A DNA stretch of 63,953 nucleotides, the filler included. It is 6 parts of 6 records of this genome, joined end to end, with 100 filler letters (N's around TTAATTAATTAA, not from the genome) between each part and the next. Parts side by side here need not be neighbours in the genome. Positions count along the whole stretch, not along the records: positions 46,015 to 58,209 come from DRR378314_2681; positions 58,310 to 63,953 come from DRR378314_2704; 4 more parts are not named here. One strand, written 5' to 3'. The notes beneath the pieces are model-generated. The model was given only the letters and a program-made list of their open reading frames with translations. It was not told the DNA's origin and searched no databases. Below, in pieces: positions 51,501 to 60,771 of the stretch (its first letter is position 1; each line of letters begins with the position of its first letter). A program made the position numbers and the translations under genes.

Positions 51501-52028
51501 ATGGTCAATGGCACGACGGGGCCCTTGAAATGGGTCGGCATACTGATCTTCGCGACGTTCAGCACTGCAGCGTTCGCCACCCCCTGCAATCCCGATAAAA
51601 ACACGTGGATACCGAGCCGCTATTACCCGCCGGGACAGACGGTGTTTTACCGGGGCGCCTGGTACGAATCCCGCGAACTGCATGAAGGTAAGACACCAGG
51701 CGCGGATTTCGAGTGGAAAAGGCTGGCGTCAGCTCCGGATTGTGGCGTCGTTCGCAACAACCGCGGCCCGGGCGAAAGCAGGCCGGAAGGAAACGTGAAC
51801 AATCAACCGCAAGCCCCGACCGACGCCGGCCAACCGCCTGCAGCCTCCTCCGACGGGCGCAAACAGGCCTGCGACGAGCCCGGGCAATGGAGCTTTGGCG
51901 GTAGCTATACCGTGGGCCAGATGGCAGTGCACAACGGGCAGACCTACCGCGCCATCCGCCCCAGCAACGGCCAGATGCCCGGAATGAGCCAACCGCCTCA
52001 CTGGCAGCCGGTGGACGATCCCTGCTGA
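51501..52028 (+). CDS. secreted protein with two CBM5/12 (chitin-binding type 3)-like modules
   Basis: Signal peptide (..TAAFA); W...YYPPGQTVFYRGAWY..W and W....YTVGQMAVHNGQTYRA...HW modules separated by a P/Q/G linker. Confidence 0.78.
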   Translation: MVNGTTGPLKWVGILIFATFSTAAFATPCNPDKNTWIPSRYYPPGQTVFYRGAWYESRELHEGKTPGADFEWKRLASAPDCGVVRNNRGPGESRPEGNVNNQPQAPTDAGQPPAASSDGRKQACDEPGQWSFGGSYTVGQMAVHNGQTYRAIRPSNGQMPGMSQPPHWQPVDDPC

Positions 52029-52063
52029 AACGGCGCTGAGGACACCAATGGACCGGGGCCCGG

Positions 52064-53236
52064 TTATTGATTCAGCGCCTGCCGGATTTGCGCCAGGGCC
52101 GTCTCCAGGACCCGGCGCGGGCAACCAATGTTCATGCGCATGAACCCGCTGCCAGGCTCGCCAAAGGTGATGCCCGGGTTCATGCCAATACCCGCGTCCT
52201 GTACAAAGAACCGTTTCAGTTCCGCGTCGCTCATGCCCAGGGCCCGGCAGTCGAGCCACAACAAATACGTGCCCTCCGGCTCCGTTACCCGGATGGCGGG
52301 CAGGTGTTGGCGGATGTAGCCCATCACCCTGTCACGATTGCCTTGCAGATAGATCATGAGCGCGTCCAGCCAGGGCCCACCATGGCGATACCCGGCTTCG
52401 AAACCGGCGATACTGAACGGATTGCACTGGTTCATGTGCATGGCGTCGAACACGTCTTTTAATAATTTGCGGTGCTTAGGGTTTCGTACCACCAGGGCCG
52501 ACAGGCCCAGGCCGGGCATATTGAATGACTTGCTGGGCGCTACCGCTGTTACCAGGGCATCCGCTTCGCCCGCCAATCGTGCAAGCATGTGATGAGCCGG
52601 CTTGTCCGGGTAGGTCAGGTCACAATGGATCTCATCCGACAGCACCACCAGGTTGTGTCGCCGAGCAATTGCCAGAACTGACCTGAGCTCGTGCTCCGTC
52701 CACACCCGTCCGACCGGGTTGTGGGGCGAACACAGCAACAACACCCTGGCATCGTCCCTTGCCGCACAGGCTTCCAGATGCTCGAGGTTCATCTGGTAAC
52801 GACCATCCACCTGCTCCAGCGGGTTTTCAATCACAGCACGGCCCGTCTTGCGGATGCCACTAAAGAACGGTGGATACACCGGCGGCTGGATAATGACGCC
52901 CTCACCTTCATCGGCAAATGCCAAAGCCGCAGCATGCAGCGAAGGCACCACCCCCGGGGCCATCATTAGCGAATCCCGCTCGATGTTCCAACCGTGTCGG
53001 TGTACAAACCAGTCAATAACCGACTGGTACAGACTCTCGGGGAACAGTGTATAGCCGTACACCGGGTGCCTGGCCCGCTCTTCCAGCGCTCGCGTCACCG
53101 CTTCCGGCGCTGGGAAGTCCATGTCCGCCACCCACAGGGGAATCACGTCTTCGCGACCGAATACCGCCTTGCGTGCATCGTATTTCACGGAGCAGGTGTT
53201 TTCCCGCTGGACAGACAGATCAAAAATCTCGGACAC
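52064..53236 (-). CDS. PatB/MalY-family PLP-dependent C-S lyase (cystathionine beta-lyase-like)
   Basis: PLWVADMDF, LCSPHNPVGRVW, SDEIHCD, APSKSFN and EGTYLLWLD. Confidence 0.93.
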   Translation of the reverse strand: MSEIFDLSVQRENTCSVKYDARKAVFGREDVIPLWVADMDFPAPEAVTRALEERARHPVYGYTLFPESLYQSVIDWFVHRHGWNIERDSLMMAPGVVPSLHAAALAFADEGEGVIIQPPVYPPFFSGIRKTGRAVIENPLEQVDGRYQMNLEHLEACAARDDARVLLLCSPHNPVGRVWTEHELRSVLAIARRHNLVVLSDEIHCDLTYPDKPAHHMLARLAGEADALVTAVAPSKSFNMPGLGLSALVVRNPKHRKLLKDVFDAMHMNQCNPFSIAGFEAGYRHGGPWLDALMIYLQGNRDRVMGYIRQHLPAIRVTEPEGTYLLWLDCRALGMSDAELKRFFVQDAGIGMNPGITFGEPGSGFMRMNIGCPRRVLETALAQIRQALNQ

Positions 53237-53433
53237 GAAGGATCTCCGCTGAGAGGTTGGTGGCTTTTGGTCATTTATTCTGTGGCAGGAGTGATAACCG
53301 CTGCAAGTCTTCAGAGGGGCCCGCAGAATCCGTCTTTGGTCGCAATGGCACCGGTTTTACTTGCCCGGGGAGGCGTATACTTGCGAACCTAACGGATTAA
53401 CTGCTCATCCCGATCAACCCCCGGAGCTTCTGA

Positions 53434-54321
53434 ATGCTTGCCCAAATCCTGTCCACGATGTTGCCGGTGTTCCTGATTGCCGGTTGTGGTGCGCTTTACG
53501 GTCGATATCGCACGCCCGATATCAAGGGCCTGAACACCCTGAATATGGAGCTGTTTGTGCCCATGCTGGTGTTCGCGGTGCTGGCGGACCAGCAAGCGCC
53601 GCTGCAGGAGTACACCAGCCTGGCACTGGCTGCGACCGTGGTGGTGTTGGGTTCCGGCATCGTGCTCTATCCCCTGGCCAGGGTGATGAACCTGGACCTC
53701 AAAACCTTTCTGCCGCCGATGATGTTCAACAACTCCGGCAACATGGGCATTCCGGTCCTGGTGTTCGCCTTCGGTGAGGCGGCTTTGCCAGCGGCCATCG
53801 TGCTGTTCGTCGTGGAGATGCTGCTGCACTTTACCGTGGGCCTCTACATGCTGGACCCGCACACCTCCATCATCAAGCGGCTACGCCTGCCCGTGATCTT
53901 TGCCAGTATCGCCGGCCTGGCTGTTAATTTCGGTGGGGTGCCTATGCCGCAGTGGCTACTGGAAACCCTGAACATGCTGGGCGGCGTGTGCATTCCACTT
54001 ATGCTATTTACGTTGGGTGTACGCATGCTGGATGTGGATTTTGGCGACTGGAAACTGGGCATTCTGGGCGCCATTGCCTGCCCGGTATCGGGGCTTATCC
54101 TGGCCTGGCCAATGATCGCCATTCTGGACCTGCCTGGCCTGCAGATCGCTGCCCTGTGGGTCTTTGCCGCATTGCCGCCCGCCGTGCTGAACTACATGAT
54201 CGCGGAGCAGTACCAGCAGGAACCCCATAAAGTCGCGTCGCTGGTCTTGCTCAGTAACCTAGGCAGTCTGGTGGTCATGCCCATTGTGCTGGGCCTGGTG
54301 TTCGCAGCTGGATATGTCTGA
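53434..54321 (+). CDS. AEC-family (auxin efflux carrier-like) transporter
   Basis: Hydrophobic; FNNSGNMGIP, IPLMLFTLG and LPPAVLNY. Confidence 0.88.
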   Translation: MLAQILSTMLPVFLIAGCGALYGRYRTPDIKGLNTLNMELFVPMLVFAVLADQQAPLQEYTSLALAATVVVLGSGIVLYPLARVMNLDLKTFLPPMMFNNSGNMGIPVLVFAFGEAALPAAIVLFVVEMLLHFTVGLYMLDPHTSIIKRLRLPVIFASIAGLAVNFGGVPMPQWLLETLNMLGGVCIPLMLFTLGVRMLDVDFGDWKLGILGAIACPVSGLILAWPMIAILDLPGLQIAALWVFAALPPAVLNYMIAEQYQQEPHKVASLVLLSNLGSLVVMPIVLGLVFAAGYV

Positions 54322-54458
54322 AAATCACTTCGGATAATTGAGACCGGTCACCGAATCGATAGGCAGGGATAGACGCTACAGGCGCTTGCAACTGGCCAAG
54401 CTTTCGCCGAAGGTAAATGCATTCAGGTTGAATTTCATTTCGATACGGAGATCCGCCC

Positions 54459-56966
54459 ATGAGTGTTCTGCTTCTCCTACTCAGTGCTCTGGTACTGATT
54501 TACCTTGGCATTGGCGGCACCACTGCCGCCGCCGTTCTGGTGATCGCAACGGTAGTTGGCCTGTTCCAGGATGGTTGGCACATCCTCAGCATCCTGTTTG
54601 GCGGTGGGCTTCTGGCCCTTGGTCTGGTGCTGGTGCTGCCCGGTGACCTGCGCCGCGACAAGTTCAGCGCCCCTTTGCTTGGGTGGGTACGGGGCCGGCT
54701 CCCCAAACTGTCGGATACAGAAGCTGAGGCCTTACGCTCGGGCACTGTTGACTGGGACGGCGAGCTGTTTTCCGGCCAGCCCAAGTGGTCGAAACTGCTG
54801 GATGCCAAGCCCGCCCACCTCTCCAGCGAAGAACAGGCGTTCCTCGACGGGCCGGTGGAAAAGCTCTGCGGCATGCTGGACGACTGGAAAATCACCCACG
54901 AAGAGTACGACCTGCCCAACAAGGTGTGGAAGTTCATTCGCGAGAATGGCTTCTTCGGGCTGATGATTCCCAAGGAGCAGGGCGGTAAGGGCTTCTCCCA
55001 CACCGCTCATTCCGAAATCGTCATGAAAATATCCACCCGCAGCGTGTCCACCGCCGTGACCGTGATGGTCCCGAACTCTTTGGGCCCGGGTGAGCTGCTG
55101 ATGGAATACGGCACGGATGCTCAGAAAGAGCACTACCTGCCAAGGCTGGCAGGCGGTGAGGAAATCCCGTGCTTTGCTCTGACCTCGCCGGTGGCCGGCT
55201 CCGACGCCGGCGCCATTCCGGACAAGGGCATCGTCTGTAAGGGCCAGTGGAATGGCAAGGAAGTGCTGGGCCTGAAAGTGACCTGGAACAAGCGCTACAT
55301 CACCCTGGCACCCGTAGCCACACTCATTGGCCTGGCCATCAAGGTATACGACCCGGACAAGTTGCTCGGCGACTCCGATGATATCGGCGTTACCTGCGTG
55401 ATGGTCCCCCAGGACCTGGAAGGCGTCAATTCCGGGGCCCGCCACTTACCAATGAACACGGTATTCATGAACGGCCCGACCTGGGGCAATGACGTATTCA
55501 TCCCCATGGATCAGGTCATTGGTGGCCAGGACATGCTGGGCAAAGGCTGGAAGATGCTGCTGGAATGCCTGTCCATCGGCCGTTCCATCTCCCTGCCCGC
55601 ATTAGGCACTGGCGCCGGGAAGGTCGCGAGCATGGCCACGGGCTCCTATGCCCTGACCCGGGAACAGTTCGGCCGTTCCATCAGCCAGTTCGAAGGGGTG
55701 CAGGAAGCGCTGGAACCGATCGCCGGCTACACCTACATGATGGACGCCGCCAGATTGCTGACCTCCGGCATGCTGGACCGGGGCGTACGCCCTTCCGTAC
55801 CGTCAGCGGTGCTGAAATACCGTAACACCGACCTGATGCGGATCGTGATCAATCATGCCATGGACGTTGTTGCTGGACGTGGTGTGATTACCGGTCCCCG
55901 TAACTTCCTGGCCCGAGCCTATCAGGCAGTGCCGATTGGCATAACGGTGGAAGGTGCGAATATCCTGACCCGCAGCCTGATGGTGTTCGGCCAGGGCGCG
56001 ATTCGCTGCCATCCGTTCATCGTTGAGGAAATCGAAGCGGCAGGAATGGACGACAAGAAGGCCGCTGTCGAAAAATTCGACGGCATCTTCTACCGCCACA
56101 TTGCCCACACCACCCGAAATGCGTTGCGCTCATTTCTGTTGGCGCTCACTGGCGGCTGGCTGGAATCCGTGCCACGCCAGGGCGACATCCAGTCCAGTTA
56201 CCGTCAGCTGGCCCGATTCTCAGCGGCCTTTGCGCTGATGACCGACGTGACCCTGCTCACCGTCGGCGGCGGCCTGAAAGCCCGCCAACGTCTGTCCGGC
56301 CGCATGGCGGACTGCCTGGTTCACTTGTACTACGCCACGGCAGTGATCAAACAATGGCATGAGGAAGGTTACCCGGAAGACCAGCGCCCACTGGTGGACT
56401 GGTGCCTGCAAACCAGCCTTCGGGATCTGAAAACGTCCATGCGGGAACTGATCATCAACTTCCCGGTGCCGCTGTTGCGCTGGCCCCTGCGGGTGCTGGT
56501 ATTCCCACTCGGCGCCACCGGCCTTAATGGCCCGGACGACACCCTGGGTACTGAAGTGGCCGCCAGCATTGTCAACGATACGCCGCTGCGTCAGCGCATC
56601 AGCCGTGGCAGTTACATCAACACCGACCCGGACGACCCGCTGGGCCGTGTGCTGAACGCCTATCGGCTGGCGAACGAAACCCGCGACATGCGTGACCGCC
56701 TGCACGAAGCCCTGCGAAATCGTGATGAAGATGAGCTGGGCGGCATTGACCTGTTGATGGGCCATCAACGCAAGGAACTGGTCGACTGGGCCTGTGAGCA
56801 GGGGGTTGTCCAGAAGGAGGAATGCGACAAGCTGCTGGAGGCGCTGGAAGCGCTTTACGACGTCATCCGTGTGGATGCGTTTGATGCCGATGGCCTGAAG
56901 GCGCTTTCCCGGTGTGCCAAGGGCAAGCGCAAGGTTGTGGAGCGCCCGCCTCGGGAAGAGGAGTGA
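54459..56966 (+). CDS. fadE: acyl-CoA dehydrogenase (FadE type)
   Basis: N-terminal TM helices, VMVPNSLGPGELL, CFALTSP.AGSDAG, WNKRYITLAP and ITVEGANILTR; about 835 aa. Confidence 0.92.
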   Translation: MSVLLLLLSALVLIYLGIGGTTAAAVLVIATVVGLFQDGWHILSILFGGGLLALGLVLVLPGDLRRDKFSAPLLGWVRGRLPKLSDTEAEALRSGTVDWDGELFSGQPKWSKLLDAKPAHLSSEEQAFLDGPVEKLCGMLDDWKITHEEYDLPNKVWKFIRENGFFGLMIPKEQGGKGFSHTAHSEIVMKISTRSVSTAVTVMVPNSLGPGELLMEYGTDAQKEHYLPRLAGGEEIPCFALTSPVAGSDAGAIPDKGIVCKGQWNGKEVLGLKVTWNKRYITLAPVATLIGLAIKVYDPDKLLGDSDDIGVTCVMVPQDLEGVNSGARHLPMNTVFMNGPTWGNDVFIPMDQVIGGQDMLGKGWKMLLECLSIGRSISLPALGTGAGKVASMATGSYALTREQFGRSISQFEGVQEALEPIAGYTYMMDAARLLTSGMLDRGVRPSVPSAVLKYRNTDLMRIVINHAMDVVAGRGVITGPRNFLARAYQAVPIGITVEGANILTRSLMVFGQGAIRCHPFIVEEIEAAGMDDKKAAVEKFDGIFYRHIAHTTRNALRSFLLALTGGWLESVPRQGDIQSSYRQLARFSAAFALMTDVTLLTVGGGLKARQRLSGRMADCLVHLYYATAVIKQWHEEGYPEDQRPLVDWCLQTSLRDLKTSMRELIINFPVPLLRWPLRVLVFPLGATGLNGPDDTLGTEVAASIVNDTPLRQRISRGSYINTDPDDPLGRVLNAYRLANETRDMRDRLHEALRNRDEDELGGIDLLMGHQRKELVDWACEQGVVQKEECDKLLEALEALYDVIRVDAFDADGLKALSRCAKGKRKVVERPPREEE

Positions 56967-57000
56967 CCTCTGGATAATGACCTAAAGCTATTGGAGGAGC

Positions 57001-57106
57001 CGCCACCTGGAGGGCTCTTCCAAAACACGCCTCAAGACGTCCCTGTTCGGCTCGGGCTCCGCCATCCATAGCTCTGCACGGTTTTGGCAGAGCCCTCCAG
57101 GCGGCG
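57001..57106. repeat. complete copy of a dispersed palindromic (REP/MITE-like) element
   Basis: 26-bp inverted arms 57001-57026 and 57081-57106 (2 mismatches) enclose a 54-nt core that recurs at 38126, 46015 and 58181. Confidence 0.85.
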
Positions 57107-57116
57107 ACCCGAGCCT

Positions 57117-58076
57117 CTAGCTATCTTCAGCCTCGCTTCTTAAGCCGCTGTGGATAGCTTCATCGACTAACCACCGCCGTAGCAGTTGAATTCCCTTCTC
57201 TCTGCGGCGACTGGTTTTCCACGCGAAGTAGAACTTATCGCCAGTCGTCACCGAATGGCAGGGTAAACGAACGAAATCGCCGGAATCCTTCCGGGTACTG
57301 AGCATGTAGTCGTTGGTCAGGGCGATGCCCTGATGGAAGCGCGCTGCTTCCAGCGATAACAGCATATGGCTCGAATGCAGCAACCGACTTGAAGCCGGCA
57401 GCTTCAAGCCAGCCTCGTGATACCACGCCTCCCAGTCACCCCCCTGCTTGTCGTAAATGCTGTGGGTAGACAGCAACGGAAACTGTGCCACCAACTCCGG
57501 CGTTAACGAAACCGAATCAGGATCCACGTCCACCCCATCCCACGCCAGCTCACGACGAATCCGCTGCCAGTAATCCTGGCTGCACACCGGAAATAGCCGC
57601 TCCGTATACAACAAGTCATAACTGAATGCTGCCGACGACGGTTTGATGGTGATAAAACAATCCGCCACCCGGTCCGACAACACCGGATTCTCGCTGCTCA
57701 TCTCAAGCGACAGCTCCAGTTGCGGATGCTGCCTCTGCAGGTCCGGCAACCGAGGGGCCAGCCAGCGCACCGCAAACGAGCTGAACACCGACAGCCGCAA
57801 ACGCGACTCCTCGTGGCCAAGTAACTGCTCACTTACCCGCTCAATCTGCAACAACGCCGTTCCGATACCATCCAGATACTGCCGCCCCTCATCCGTCAAC
57901 GTCAGTGTGCGGCCACTTCGCCAGAACAGCTTCTCGCCCAAGTAGGTTTCCAACTGTTTTATCTGATGACTCACCGCACTTTGGCTCACGGCCAGTTCCT
58001 CCGCCGCCAGCGAAAAGCTGTTCAACCGCGCGACGGCTTCAAACACAGGTAGGGATCTAAGAGGTGGGAGTTTCAT
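57117..58076 (-). CDS. LysR-family regulator (GcvA-like)
   Basis: LPPLRSLPVFEAVARLNSFSLAAEELAVSQSAVSHQIKQLE and SFAVRWLAPRL. Confidence 0.93.
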   Translation of the reverse strand: MKLPPLRSLPVFEAVARLNSFSLAAEELAVSQSAVSHQIKQLETYLGEKLFWRSGRTLTLTDEGRQYLDGIGTALLQIERVSEQLLGHEESRLRLSVFSSFAVRWLAPRLPDLQRQHPQLELSLEMSSENPVLSDRVADCFITIKPSSAAFSYDLLYTERLFPVCSQDYWQRIRRELAWDGVDVDPDSVSLTPELVAQFPLLSTHSIYDKQGGDWEAWYHEAGLKLPASSRLLHSSHMLLSLEAARFHQGIALTNDYMLSTRKDSGDFVRLPCHSVTTGDKFYFAWKTSRRREKGIQLLRRWLVDEAIHSGLRSEAEDS

Positions 58077-58180
58077 TATCTAATTTTCTAATGATAGGTG
58101 ACTAAAGATCATTTTATCGGATAGTAGCACACATATAGAATGCTTCCACAAAGGTCGGGGAGCTGAGCGGGTAGACCTCT

Positions 58181-58209
58181 CCAAAACCGTGCGGAGCCAT
58201 GGATGGCGG
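58181..58209 (-). repeat. partial copy of the dispersed palindromic element (contig edge)
   Basis: CCAAAACCGTGCGGAGCCATGGATGGCGG is 27/29 identical to the reverse complement of 57059-57087. Confidence 0.85.
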
Positions 58210-58309
58210 NNNNNNNNNNNNNNNNNNNNNNNNNNNNNNNNNNNNNNNNNNNNTTAATTAATTAANNNNNNNNNNNNNNNNNNNNNNNNNNNNNNNNNNN
58301 NNNNNNNNN
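58210..58309. other. artificial contig spacer
   Basis: N44-TTAATTAATTAA-N44. Confidence 0.99.
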
Positions 58310-58856
58310 TGTGGTGGTGATTGGTGCCGGCGGCGTTGGTCTCAACGCCATTCAGGGCGCGCGCATCGCAGGTGCCCGCCGCATTGTGGCCGTGGACATG
58401 AGCCCGGAGAAGCTGGAAATTGCGCGCGAATTTGGCGCCACCCACGGGGTGCTGGCGACCGAGGCCAAACCCTGGCGCGGCGCATACAAGGCGCTTGGCG
58501 GAAAGGGGGCCGATGTGGTGCTGATCACCGTCGGCGCCATCCCCGCCTATGACCAGGCGCCGCGCTACCTTGGCTCTGGTGGACGCGCTGTGATGATCGG
58601 CATGCCGCATTCGGGCCAGACCGCGCAGTATGAACCTGTGGTCATGGCCGCCCTTGGTCAGGGGCTGCAGGGCTCCAAGATGGGCGATGTGGTGATCCAG
58701 CGCGATGTGCCCTGGATCGTCGACCTCTACCAGCAGGGCCGCCTGAAACTTGACGAGCTGATCTCCGGCCGCTGGTCGCTTGAGGAGATCAACGCCGCCA
58801 TCGCCGACACCAAGACCGGCAGCGCCAAACGCAATGTGATCCTGTTCAACCGCTGA
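58310..58856 (+). CDS. zinc-dependent alcohol dehydrogenase family (3' fragment)
   Basis: VIGAGGVGLNAIQGARIAGA, FGATH and GRLKLDELIS. Confidence 0.9.
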
Positions 58857-58979
58857 GACCGGCGCCAGAACGCCGGGATCCGGGCCCATTGGCCCGGACC
58901 CGCGCGCGCCGGGGCCTACCTGGCCCCGGCGCGCGCTCCCCCCTCCACCCGATTGCCAAGCCTCAAAGGACCGAGAGAC

Positions 58980-60212
58980 ATGAAACTCCAGGACCTCGAC
59001 ATCATCATCACCGCGCCCCCGGCCCCCGGCTGGGGCGGGCGCTACTGGATCCTCGTCAAAGTCACCACCGACACCGGCATCACCGGCTGGGGCGAATGCT
59101 ACACGTCCACCATCGGCCCCAAGGCCATGACCGCCGTGATCGAAGATGTCTTTGGCCGCCACATGCAGGGCGAAAACCCGGAAAACATCGAGCTGATGTT
59201 CCGCCGCGCCTATTCCTCCGGCTTCACCCAGCGCCCCGACCCCACCGTCATAGGCGCGTTTTCGGGGCTCGAAATCGCCTGCTGGGACATCCTCGGCAAG
59301 CAGCGGGACCGCCCGGTGCATGCGCTCCTGGGCGGCCGCATGAACGATCACATCCGCGCCTATACCTACCTCTACCCGCTGCCCGAGCATGACATCAGCG
59401 CCTTTTGGACCTCGCCCGAGATGGCTGCGGAGTCCGCCGCCGATGCGGTCGCGCGCGGCTATACGGCAGTGAAATTCGATCCCGCCGGTCCCTATACCAT
59501 CCGCGGCGGCCATATGCCCGCGATGTCCGACATCTCCCAGTCGGTTGCCTTCTGCAAGGCCATCCGCGCGGCAGTCGGAGACCGCGCCGACCTGCTGTTT
59601 GGCACCCACGGCCAATTCAACACGGCTGGCGCAATCCGCCTCGGCCAGGTGCTGGAGCCCTACAGCCCCCTGTGGTTCGAAGAGCCCACGCCTCCCGACA
59701 TGGTCGAGGACATGGCCCGTGTAGCCCGTGGCGTGCGCATCCCGGTGGCCACCGGAGAGCGGCTCGCCACCAAGGCGGAATTTGGCGCCATCCTGCGCGC
59801 GGGTGCCGCAGAGATCCTGCAACCCGCCTTGGGCCGGGCCGGTGGCATCTGGGAGATGAAGAAGGTCGCCGCCATGGCGGAGGTCTTCAACGCGCAGATG
59901 GCGCCCCATCTTTACGCTGGACCGGTGGAATGGGCCGCCAACATCCAGTTCGCCGCCTCGATCCCCAACATCCTCATGGCCGAATGTATCGAGACCCCAT
60001 TCCACAGCGCGCTCATCAAGAGCAGCATCACAGTCGAGGGCGGCTATATCATCCCCCCCAACACACCCGGCCTCGGCATTGAGGTCGACGAAGCGCTGGC
60101 CCGCGCCCATCCGTTCACCGGCGACGACCTGCACCTGAATATGCAGGAAGCCCCCTGTGATTATGCAAATGGCAACGCATTTCAGGGCGGAGCGCCGCCT
60201 CCCAAGGGTTGA
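58980..60212 (+). CDS. mandelate racemase/muconate lactonizing enzyme (enolase superfamily) protein
   Basis: TDTGITGWGE, EIACWDILGK, KFD, WFEEP, VATGER and APH. Confidence 0.9.
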   Translation: MKLQDLDIIITAPPAPGWGGRYWILVKVTTDTGITGWGECYTSTIGPKAMTAVIEDVFGRHMQGENPENIELMFRRAYSSGFTQRPDPTVIGAFSGLEIACWDILGKQRDRPVHALLGGRMNDHIRAYTYLYPLPEHDISAFWTSPEMAAESAADAVARGYTAVKFDPAGPYTIRGGHMPAMSDISQSVAFCKAIRAAVGDRADLLFGTHGQFNTAGAIRLGQVLEPYSPLWFEEPTPPDMVEDMARVARGVRIPVATGERLATKAEFGAILRAGAAEILQPALGRAGGIWEMKKVAAMAEVFNAQMAPHLYAGPVEWAANIQFAASIPNILMAECIETPFHSALIKSSITVEGGYIIPPNTPGLGIEVDEALARAHPFTGDDLHLNMQEAPCDYANGNAFQGGAPPPKG

Positions 60213-60412
60213 AATGCCGCCTGTCGCCTCACTATATACAGCGAGGGTGCAGGCAGAAACATAAGCAAAGGTTTGCTAAAAAGAATAAATTTTTACCAAA
60301 ACTCTTGCGAGGCCACGGAGTTCCGTGGCCTTACTCTATTTAGCGTCAGTTTACGCTGATGTATTCATTCCTGCTTCCCAGGATTCCAGACGGCCGCGAA
60401 AGAAGACCCTGT

Positions 60413-60730
60413 ATGATGACTGACACACTGGACATGCCTGTAAACTCCATGGCGGATAACGCATCGGAGGCCGCAGCACTGCTGAAAGCCCTGGCGCATG
60501 AGGGGAGATTGATGATCCTCTGCTATCTGGCCGGGGAAAAAGAGCTCTCGGTTGGCGCCCTCGAAGAGCTGCTCGACAAACGTCAGGCGGCCGTGAGCCA
60601 GCTGTTGTCACGCCTGCGCGAAGACCGCCTGGTGGTTGCACGCCGCGCCGGCAAGACTGTTTATTATTCGCTGGCCGACGGCCCGGCGACCAAAATCCTA
60701 GAGAGCCTTCACGACATCTATTGCCGCTGA
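60413..60730 (+). CDS. ArsR/SmtB-family repressor, BigR/SqrR-like
   Basis: LKALAHEGRLMILCYL, QAAVSQLLSRLR and C-terminal IYC; start uncertain (60413-60449). Confidence 0.85.
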   Translation: MMTDTLDMPVNSMADNASEAAALLKALAHEGRLMILCYLAGEKELSVGALEELLDKRQAAVSQLLSRLREDRLVVARRAGKTVYYSLADGPATKILESLHDIYCR

Positions 60731-60771
60731 GGTCCAGCAGCCGACAACCGAACCCCAGGTTGTCGCTACGG

